NCBI GenBank assembly: GCA_903813345.2
Contig: CAIIXF020000001.1
Span: forward strand, 23,250,001 to 23,314,000
DNA: 64,000 nt
DNA from: Owenia fusiformis
Lineage: Eukaryota
Direction of reading: 5' to 3'
Numbering within the stretch: position 1 is the first letter of the stretch; each line of letters opens with the position of its first letter. Below, one piece after another: positions 39,401-51,400 of the stretch. The notes under the pieces were generated by a model. The model did not search any database, had not been told where the DNA came from, and was given only the letters and a program-made list of their open reading frames with translations. Made by a program: the position numbers and the translations under genes.

Positions 39401-42400
39401 TAAAAAATTGTATGAGATGGAGATACTATTATTCAAAGCAATTAATTGAAACCAGAACAACGGCAACGCCAAAGCGTAGCGAATCCCATCAAACATTTTT
39501 CAAAAGGGGCACCTTCTACCAAAAGTGTCATTAGACAGTGTGCCATGCTTATAATATTCACATACCAAATATGAACAAAATCGCTCAACTACTTTTCGAG
39601 TTATAGTAAAATAAGTTAAAATGGTGGCCATTTTGAAAAATGGCCGCCTTCAACCAAAAGTATCATTAGACAGTGTGACATGCTTATAGTATTCACATAC
39701 CAAATATGAACAAAATCGCTCCACTACTTTTCGAGTTATAGTAAAATATGTTAAAATGGCGGCCATTTTGAAAAATGGCCACCTTCTACCAAAAGTGTCA
39801 TTAGACAGTGTGCCATGCTTATACGTATTCACGTACCAAATATGAACAAAATCGCTCCACTACTTTTCGAGTTATAGTAAAATAAGTTAAAATGGCAGCC
39901 ATTTTTCAAAATGTCCGCCATTTTTCAAAATGGCCACCTTCTACCAAAAGTGTCATTAGACAGTGTGCCATGCTTACAGTATTCACATACCGAATATGAA
40001 CAAAATCGCTCCACTACTTTTCGAGTTATAGTAAAATACGTTAAAATGGCGGCCATTTTGAAAAATGACCGCCCTCTACCAAAAGTGTCATTAGACAGTA
40101 TGCCATGCTTATACGTATTCACATACCAAATATGAACAAAATCGCTCCACTACTTTTCGAGTTTTAGTAAAATAAGTTAAAATGGTGGCCATTTTTCAAA
40201 ATGTCCGCCATTTTTCAAAATGGCCGCCTTCTACCAAAAGTGTGATTAGACAGCGTGCCATGCTTATAGTATTCACATACCAAATATGAACAAAATCGCT
40301 CCGCTAATTTTCGAGTTACAGCAAAAATCGTAAAATAACGAGTAAAGGCCGCCATTTTTCAAGATGGCTGCCATGTGCTTTTTTAATATCTACATTTCTA
40401 GCTTTATTAATGTCCTATATAATTTTTTTTACATTTAAAACATATTGCTATTACAGTTTTACATATTGCACCTAAATTACTGTAAAATCGGCACTAAAAT
40501 GGCCGCCATTTTGAAATGAGCGGCCATTTTGAAAATCGGCTTTCGAGCAGAACTTCTACCCCCATAGGGTATATGTGTACAAAATATGAATAAAATCGGG
40601 CCAACGATATTTGAGTTATTGCCCGGACAGACGGATGGATGTACGTACGGACGGACGGATGGACGTACGTCGGACGGACGTACGGACGGACGTACGGACA
40701 GACGTACGTCAGACGGACGTACGGACGGACGGACGGACGGATGGAGGCGTTCCCTATATCCCTTCGAACTTCGTTCGATGGGATAAAAATGAAAAACACA
40801 ATATACAATACTTTATGCTCAATAAAGACTTACTGTTACAAACGTCAGAAATTGGATTGGTTATCTCAGGATAGTTTATAATTTCAAATGTTTCATGTCA
40901 TACTTACTGTATCGAGAACATCAAATCTTTTCTTGGAATGAAGAATATTCATCTGGAAATATAATACGAAGAACTAGAAAGTAGCATTGCTAACAGGTAT
41001 ATTGTTACTACGAATTGTGCATTTTAACAACGAATATCTTGTTTCAAAACTTTAAATGAGGTTGATGGCCTGAATTCAGATTCTAGGATACAACATTTTT
41101 GTTGATTTTTGCGAGGAAACTGTTTTGACATTTTGATCTGCATAAGCACGTGCCTTGCTATTCATTATGATACTATTTAGTTTTTCACTCAACTGCAAAT
41201 TAAAATTGTGAAACTGATGAGAGTCATCAATTTCTATTATCTGAAAGTAGCCATTCGTGTTGAAATTTTAAGAATGCTTATGATTTTAATGATCTGTTTG
41301 AAATGTGATATATCATGTCTTAGCTATGTATAAATCTTTGACCTCGTGATTTTGATAAATACAACAAAAGCTTTAGGAATCCTCCTCGGTAAGAATATTC
41401 TGGTAAAGTACCCCATCTATCTTACCTGGAAGACATAATCCAGAGATGTGTGACTGAATGCTGACTTCATAGCTGTCAGTGTGTTATGTGCATCTTCATA
41501 CTCTTGTGGTTTAGACTTGGGCGCTTGGGCATGCTTCACAAGGGCATTGTCCATGTCATCGCTGAGCTTATCAAAATGCTTCTTAGCCTCCTTGATCTTA
41601 CGAATATCACTGGAATCAATATTTATTTCATTGGAGTGGGTGGGAATACTATTAACACAGATATGTTTCTTATGGTCTTGATTTCTACATGTAGTTTACA
41701 AATTGTACCACTGATACATGTACTTTGAAATTTGAAAGAAACTTAAGATTTTTGGTTCTTATTATTTATTTCCCCTACAATATAATATTTAGGGTAAGGG
41801 GTAGCACATAGCCTTAATATTAACTTACTTCCTAATAAAATTGTGTAGTGTTTTACAGATAGATCTGTGTGCTTGGTCCAACAGAATCTAAAAATAGAAA
41901 TGACAAAGTAATTAAGTCATTAAGTTTTAATGCACTGAAATATCACAGGTTTTAGACCATTATCGTATCATTATCACCTTTAAGGTGTTTTCTGACATAC
42001 CTTTTTTTCTTTTCTTTTGTCTATGTGAAAAACTATTCCCGAAATTGCCTCTGGATATTTAGCTTAAGACCATATTTCCCAAAAATATATCTTTTTAAAT
42101 TTAGGAAATCACCTTGAAGTTGTATCAAACCTAATGAGCATCCTGTTCAATTGTTCATTGACTTTGCATATTTTTTTTTATTAACACATAATTCAAAACC
42201 ATAACAGACATGACTTGCATGCCAGTTCCCCTAAATCAATGATCAACAGTAGAGAATTCTTTGACAAAATAGCCCCAACAACTTCATCAAAATTCTCCTT
42301 TTTACAACAAATACATTTTCATAAAAGTTCCCAAAATGGTCTGATATTGGATAGCCAAGAAATGTTTGAAAGGTCATTTTTTCTAGATATGTGTTTCAAC

Positions 42401-45400
42401 TGAGAAATAAAAGCTAGAATCTGAGAAAAAATGCCAAAAATCAGATTTTAAATTGTCTTAATGGGTGACCAGATCAGCTTGACCTTCAAGTTTTTATACA
42501 GGCCATCAATTTCATTCTATAAATAGAAAGTGTAACATACAACTGTCAATCAAATGTTAGAATCAGTAGAATCAGAATCAGGGGAGTGTGTTTTACTTTT
42601 CTGTTCAAATTTTGGTAGATTAGAATTTTGGTAATATTTACAAATAGTATAAATTGCTACTTATATGATATAATTTGATAAAATCTGAACAGGTCATTGT
42701 GACCATTAACAAGAAACAATGATAATTTAAATTCCATTTTAGCAACGCAGAATTCTTCCAAAATTGTAGAAATTCAGGGAAAATACATTTAAAAGTAAAC
42801 ATAAACATAACAAATAAATTATATTAAGTATTTTATATTAACCTTTTTAGTTCAAACTACTGAAGCATTATAAAACTACACCTGTCTAGTTATTAGTGAA
42901 AATGTTTACAAGTCACACTTACAGATTGGTACTTCTGTATTTCAGTCATGTCATGTGTGAATCTCCCCAGGGATTGCTGAAAGGGAAAGAACATAAATAT
43001 AATCCTTAACAAGCAAAATAAAAAGGTTTTGTCAAGCTCTTCAAGCTCTTAATACAAGACTCAACGATTTTTAACAAAGCATAACCTAACAAAATGTCAC
43101 CACCTGCTATTTGGTACAGATGCCAAACACTGACCACCAAACACCAGCCACAGAAAAGTTGGAGACTATAACACTTTGTCACTCTTATGTTAGTGACATA
43201 AAAATATGTACTGTACTCTACTGCACATACAAAAATATATTTTGTTTGTGTTTTAAGATATCAACTCGTGGTGTTTTCATTGTACAATATACATGTAAAA
43301 GTATGACTTCTTATATCTCAATAGGAAACAATACAATACAGGCATAATTGAAACTAAAATATTTTGAAATTGAGTAACATGATGACCCAAAAAATGCAAC
43401 CCTCTAATTTTGAAGTAACCCCCATTTGAAATATGTAGATAATCTCGAATTATATCATTCAAAAACATTCAAACAATTGCAATTTCCTTTTAGATTTTTG
43501 TCTTTGCCATTATTCATGGGTTATCAATAATATGTACAATATGTATTTACAAACTTGCTTTGAATAATTTTTGATTTGAATGATTTTATGTGAGAGCAGG
43601 CCAAGATGGAAAACATGATCACAAAATTGTTGATGGAAACTAAGTTCACCTCTATAGTTCTATTAACACACTCTCTCTACACTAAAACATTGAAGAAGAT
43701 TTCACCAAAATTTAGAAACTTATTTCAAAGAGAGTTACATTTCTGAATCACCCTATATTGTAATAGGATTCAATAGGTACATTCATAGTGTACCATCGTA
43801 AAATATTACAACACAATGACGGAATCTTAACGCATACATTATACTACATCAAGGCAAAAAGCAATAAAGTATATAAAATGTAAATAATGAAGTAATGCCA
43901 TATATGCAGAAACCAAAGAGTAAACAACACTAAAAAGCAAATACAATTACTACATGTATATATAATGAAGCTATTATAAATAAATACAAAATACATACAA
44001 TGAAATAAATTGGCGCATACAGGGCTTCATTAGAATTACTGTCAATCAGGAATTTTAGAAACATGAAACCAGTTGCAAAAATCCACGTAGCAACATATAA
44101 TTTTGCTAGGATCAACAGGAGACAAGGCATTTAGCTTGCAAAATGTCACCACCTGCCATTTCGTACAGATGCTGACCACTGAATGCCAAACATCAACCAC
44201 CAAATGCCAAACAACAACTGCCAAACACAGTCCACAAGAAAGTTAGAGACTATGTCGTGACAAAAAAATTGCCTGATCACGCCTGACCATCGACAAGGTA
44301 CAGTCACGTGACAGTGACAAAATATACCGTAGTACACTTTTGATGTACTATGTCATTTCCGCCATTTTAGATCGCCATTTTCTAGAATGAGGAAGCGAGG
44401 CAAGAACTAGCATTGATTTGATCAATATTGTGTCAGTTCATCATCAGGTAGTTGTTGCATTCAATTTGTAATTAAGTTGCAAATGTGCATATCTACTTCA
44501 AATGATCCTCAGCAACTTCAATATCTTGTTATAGATCTACCCAGTACGTCAGGGATCTCTAAATCCTGACTGAATTTCGCAAAATTCTCTCTAACTTTTG
44601 TTTTGCTTTGCAAATAACAGCCAAACTACGACTAACACAACTTAAGATAAGTATACAAATATACATCCAGAGTTAATGCAAAACCGTTTTTTACTTTGGA
44701 TGCTACTACGAAAAATAGATAATGTATGTTGTCAACTCGAATGTATGTTGTCACATTGGCCTTACAGATCTCAATTCACAGTTAATTTTACAGTGAATGA
44801 AATGCTATAATGTACGTGTAGTAATAGAAGGAACATATTTGATAATAAAGTAATAATAATGATAGGCATATCAGATATATTTACTCTAATATTTTGTCCG
44901 TTAATCCATAATAAATTTCAATGTTACTAATTCTTTTTTTGTGTTCCATAACCTGGCTTTTGAACTTCTGCACTTTCCAGATATACAGAGTGTCCCAAAG
45001 TATGCCCCCCCCCCCCCCCCTAGGCAGACATATACCAATTTCCCCATAGTTGTATGTGTCATATATCATTTTTAAGCTTATCCAAAGTTACATATGATGG
45101 TTCAAATGGTAAAAAGTAACAGGCATTTTAAAAATTAGCATTTTGCCAAAAAGATTTCAGTATCCTGGAAACAGCCCTGACCTGAATGTGACAGAAAATA
45201 TTGATGCTATTCTCGAATATAGGATGGATATTGAGTTCTAAATAGAGGACGTTTAGGGTAGATACTCCAAGGAAACTCTTCTTATGCCTTAAAAGGGTTT
45301 TATGAGGATAACAAAATGCCATATCCCTATTTGAAGCCTGTTTAAGGTCATATATGGAAAGTATTTCTGCTGTTAACATGGCGGCTAAGGAGACACACCG

Positions 45401-48400
45401 ACTATTGTTTTGGTGTAAAACTGACTTTAATTTTGGCCAAACACTAACTTTTGAAATTCCTGTAACTATTTTCCATTTGTGAGTTGAACCATGATACTCG
45501 GCAAATTAATGTAACTTTGGATGAGCTTTAAAATGATATATGACACATACTATGGAGACATTGGTATATGTCTGCCTAGGGGGCCCATACTTTCGGGACA
45601 CCCTGTAGCATACATTTTGAAAGTCATCTTGGATTAGCTAGTATAGATCTCTCCATGCAACTAAACATAACGTAACGTACCAACGCCGAGTGGTCAAAGA
45701 GGTCGGAAAATAACACGCCATGGTCACATATTAATCACCATATTAACACTTTCATAAAATAAAATAGCATTCAACGAAAAAATCACTTTTACCTGTTTAT
45801 CTGTACTAGGGATACATGAGCATGTTCGTTGAATTTCAATTACAGGGACAACATACACTGTGAGTTGACAACGTACATTTCTGATTTTTTAAATTATACT
45901 AAATGCATGAATATTTATTAAATCTTCACCCGTCTTAAACTGTGTAGTTTAGAGAAACACATTCTCATAAAAATATTCGACACTCTGAGACGTCAGTGGA
46001 GAAAATTATCAAAGGAAATGTGTAAAAACAACATTTTTCCAACCGAACAATTGTATGGGTAGACTTACAACGAAAAAAATCGAGCACTGCTCGAAGATCT
46101 TTTAACGTAATTAGAAAAATAAATGTCTTTGAAATCGAATACACGCAAAATCAAACATGAAATGCTTTATGTATTCCTCAAATTTATTTTTGAAAACCTG
46201 CATCAAACCTACATCATAGTCTTTGCTTAAAATCAGTTAATAGTGACATAGTACATCAAAAGTGTACTACGGTATATTTTGTCACTGTCACGTGACTGTA
46301 CCTTGTCGATGGTAAGGCGTGCTGATGCCTGCTAATGAAAGCTCTGGTCATATCAATATGCTATGGGGCATACAAAGCAATAAAGGGTGGTTGCTTCTGA
46401 AGCCTTATGATCATCTTTCACATTATGCCACCCCCCTCCCCTTTGTTACTCTAACCCTATGTATAAAAGCATGGAACAGTTAATAGACTAGCTAGAGGGA
46501 TTGATCCTACAAATATTAAATATGGATTTACACACTAAAATTCATTATTCTTTCTGCTGATAAATGGAGGAATTTGTCAACATTGTTGGGAGACTATATG
46601 CACTAGCAACTTAATGTAGGTTCAGGGCACTGTCAACCTCCAAATACAGGATTCCAGACAGCATCCAATCTGTTCCTTTCTTCGAGTCCTACCTTTGGAG
46701 GATGGGGCACTGGGGAACTGTAGAAATATCTAACTAGTACTAAGTACTGTACAGGCAAATGTCAAGTTAGTAATAACTGTTCCATGCATAATACAAAATC
46801 GCACAATTTCAATATACAGTAAAACTTGTGTATAGTGAACATTTTTTTGCCAAGAAAAAACGTTCACTGTAGGTAGGTGTTCACTAGAGAGAGGGTAATT
46901 TATACAGAAGTCAGTGGACTATGTGCGTAGGAAGGGTGTCCACTAGGGACAGGTGTTCACTAGAGAGAGGTGTTCACTAAGACAGGTTTTACTGTATCTA
47001 AATTCCCTTAATTGCTTCTGCTGGGAGCTCACAATTATTTACAACAGTTCTCTATCATATTTTTTGCAGCTAAAGGAAACTATGGGCTTTTCTCTTGAAG
47101 GTCCATGACAAAACAATATTGGGGTTTATTATGCACCTTGTCTAGATATTGAAATCTGATTTGTTCTAAGCTGCCATACCTGGCTTTTTTGAAAAACTGA
47201 TGAGTATTTTTTAATATTGATCAAAAGACCGTCCAGTATTTTTTGAGAATCCCACCTAAGAATTTTATATCACTATAACTTGAGTATTATTTGAAATAAA
47301 TACACATATCGTGTGCCAAACAAAACAAGTTTACATTATCAGTAAAAAAAATTAATAAGTCAGAACTTGGGTGCAATAAAAATGCTATACTAAATGAAAA
47401 AGAAAATTCCGGGATGACGCTTTCTCGTTCAGTGTAAATGAAAACTGAAGCCATCTGAATTGTTAGAAAAACCAAAAGTTCCAAAATTTAGGTAGTACTG
47501 TACACTCAAAATCGTGATTGAGAAGGTGCATAATAAAACAACTACTGAACGATCAGGAGCCAGAATACCTATCCTCATAAAAATATATTGGGCTCTGCAT
47601 TTTTTGAATAGGTATTCTGCCATATCTAGCTCCTGATCATCCAGAATTTGCATATTATATTATATTATATTAAAATTGTGCTTAATTTCAAACTTCAAAT
47701 AAAATGATTTCTAATATGAAAAATACAAATCAGCTGAAATGTAAACCTAAAATAAATGACAACGAGTCCTATCATATCTACTTACAGCTGCCTTGTAATC
47801 ATCCTGGAATGAGAAAAATACCAAAATGTGTAAGAATAATATTCTTAGCTCATTTTTCCATTCTGCATCAAAGACCCATATCCTGTAAATGAATGAATGA
47901 ATGTTTTCAACAGGTGAAAATAACTCTCGATGTAACAATAGATTAAGAAGTGACTGTATGTGAGGACAGAATCGACAAATGAAGCTGATAGCAATAGTTG
48001 AACATTATCTATCTTTCACACTTGTGATCCACTCCTGGTTACTGAAACGGTTCGTTTTGGTAAGAAAATGTCGGAACGTCGAAGCTACGATTTTTCTCTT
48101 TTCCTTATTTCACACGTTGTAGGCAGAATTCCCACGACATTTTTAACACAAACGTGTATCAGTATCACATGTTTAAGAAAATGTACACATTTGCGAACAA
48201 ATAGTTCAGAAGACAACAGAATCGTCAACTTAATTCCTCACTTAAGTTACATAAACGGCTTGCATTAAAAGTGAAGATCTTAACTGTTTTTCGAAAAAAC
48301 CGTTAATGTAACTTCAGTGTAACCAGCGTAATCGAGTGGATCACCAGTGTAACACCAAGATGTGATTATCCCTGGACATAATGACATTTTTAGTTAAAGA

Positions 48401-51400
48401 ATAAGTACTGCCATCTTTATTTCAATGACATGTAGAACTTTGTATTCACATCACAGAAAAGTCTCTAAAAATTAAATATATGTTTTAGAAGCATATATCT
48501 GGTCTAAAACCTTTTCTTATCAATGCCTTTTCTTTGTTAGTTACCTTTTTTAGAATATTATTATTTCAAACATAAATAATCACAAGACATTAACATGACA
48601 AAATGTCACCACCTAGTTGCTCACAATATTATGAGTTCAAACTTAAGTCAGATTTGAATTTCTGAGAACTTGTAAAGTCAAATTTGAACTTCTGAAAAGA
48701 TGTAGATGATTTTGAAAAAAAAAATTGGTAAATTTGAAGCAAGTTGAAAACAGACCTTTTTGACCTTTTTTGACCTTTTTAAGGTCATTAAAGGTCAAAT
48801 GTCAAATCTAAAGTCAGATTTGAATTTCTGAGAACATGTAGATGATTTTGAAAAAAAAATTAGTCAATTTGAAGCAAGTTGAAAAAAGACCTTTTTGACC
48901 TTTTTTGACCTTCAGAAGGTCATTGAAGGTCAAATGTCAAATCTAAAGTCATATTTGAATTTCTGAGAACATGTAGATGATTTTGAAAAAAAATTTAGTC
49001 AATTTGAAGCAAGATGAAAAAATACCTTTTTGACCTTTTTTGACATTGAGAAGGTCATTGAAGGTCAAATGTCAAATCTAAAGTCAGATTTGAATTTCTG
49101 AGAACATGTAGATGATTTTGAAAAAAAAATTAGTCAATTTGAAGCAAGTTGAAAAAAAGACCTTTTTGACCTTTTTTGACTTTGAGAAGGTCATTGAAGG
49201 TCAAATGTCAAATCTTAAGTCAAATCTAAAGTCAGATTTGAATTTCTGAGAACACGTAGATGATTTTGAAAATTTTTTTTAGTCAATTTGAAGCAAGTTG
49301 AAAACAGACCTTTTTGACCTTTTTTGAACCTTGAGAAGGTCATTAAAGGTCAAATGTCAAATCTAAAGTCAGATTTGAATTTCTGAGAACATGTAGATGA
49401 TTTTGAAAAAAAAATTAGTCAATTTGAAGCAAGATGAAAAAATACCTTTTTGACCTTTTTTGACATTGAGAAGGTCATTGAAGGTCAAATGTCAAATCTA
49501 AAGTCAGATTTGAATTTCTGAGAACATGTAAATGATTTTGAAAAAAAAATTTAGTCAATTTGAAGCAAGTTGAAAAAAGACCTTTTTGACCTTTTTTGAC
49601 TTTGAGAAGGTCATTGAAGGTCAAATGTCAAATCTTAAGTCAAATCTAAAGTCAGATTTGAATTTCTGAGAACACGTAGATGATTTTGAAAAATTTTTTT
49701 AGTCAATTTGAAGCAAGTTGAAAACAGACCTTTTTGACCTTTTTTGACCTTGAGAAGGTCATTGAAGGTCAAATGTCAAATCTTAAGTCAAATTTGAATT
49801 TCTGAGAACACGTAGATGATTTTGAAAAAAAAATTTAGTCAATTTGAAGCAAGTTGAAAACAGACCTTTTTGACCTTTTTTGACCTTGAGAAGGTCATTG
49901 AAGGTCAAATGTCAAATCTAAAGTCAGATTTGAATTTCTGAGAACAAAAATTAGTCAATTTGAAGCAAGTTGAAAAAAGACCTTTTTGACCTTTTTTGAC
50001 TTTGAGAAGGTCATTGAAGGTCAAATGTCAAATCTTAAGTCAAATCTAAAGTCAGATTTGAATTTCTGAGAACACGTAGATGTTTTTGAAAATTTTTTTT
50101 AGTCAATTTGAAGCAAGTTGAAAACAGACCTTTTTGACCTTTTTTGACCTTGAGAAGGTCATTGAAGGTCAAATGTCAAATCTTAAGTCAAATCTTAAGT
50201 CAGATTTGAATTTCTGAGAACACGTAGATGATTTTGAAAAAAAAATTTAGTCAATTTGAAGCAAGTTGAAAACAGACCTTTTTGACCTTTTTTGACCTTG
50301 AGAAGGTCATTGAAGGTCAAATGTCAAATCTAAAGTCAGATTTGAAGGTCAAATGTCAAATCTAAAGTCAGATTTGAATTTCTGAGAACATGTAGATGAT
50401 TTTGAAAAAAAATTTAGTCAATGTGAAGCAAGTTGAAAAAAGGACCTTTTTGACCTTGAGAAGGTCATTGAAGGTCAAATGTCAAATCTAAAGTCAGATT
50501 TGAACTTCTGAGATCATGTAGATGATTTAGAAAAAAATTGAAGTCAGTCTAAACAGTATTTGTTAAGTTATAGGAAGTTGTAAGAAATTGTTACAGACGC
50601 CGGACGCCAACCGCCGGACGCCAACCGCCGGACGCCAACCACCAACCGCCGGACGCCAACCACCAACCGCCGTCGCAAAAAAACTGAGACCATAACATTA
50701 TGTCACCACTTTTGGTGGTGACATAAAAAGTTTAATTAAGTTCTTTAAAATCTGTTTCATAAAACATTTAATTAATCTGAAGTGGCCTTACTGAGTAGAA
50801 GAGAGACACTAACTATGATAGTGCAATGTTACATACAACCTGATGTGGCATTTATTGATGGAAATTACATTGCAGAGTGATAAAATGGCATTTATAGCAG
50901 GAAAAGAATATGCCATAGTGCCATAATGTCGATTGGGAAAATAGCACTGAAAGGTGAAATCAATTTGTCGTACGATTAAATTCAATTTATTCTGAGAGGA
51001 AATACTTACAGAGACGACATCATCTTGCTTAAAATACATCACAAGTTCTTGAACACCCCTTGTAAAGTTTCTGGAAATTAAAACAGACATGTACATACAT
51101 TATTAACATTATCCTCATCATAGGCATTACCAAATGCTGTCCAATATTGTGATAGGGATATTGTCAAAATGTTGGCAGTTATGGAAAAACAAATTTAATT
51201 TCGATATGACTGACCCCCCCCCCCTCCCCTATACCAATCCAGATTTCTGAAAATGTTGATTTGCACCCACTTGAATTTCACTTTATTTACTCACAAAATC
51301 TCAATCCCCATATATTAATTTAATTCTTCCAATACTGAATACTGTTGACAATAGGATACAATCCCTTATTATATGTTTCATTAATTACTACAAATTTAAA

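Noticed and set aside
40494-40881. RTDG/SVRP-repeat ORFs
   Set aside because: Translation of the ACGG microsatellite of the HINE-like element.
47429-47653. ORF containing DMAEYLFKK, resembling the PH-domain start MEGYLFKR
   Set aside because: The similarity covers only a few residues, and no other PH features or clear splice sites were seen.
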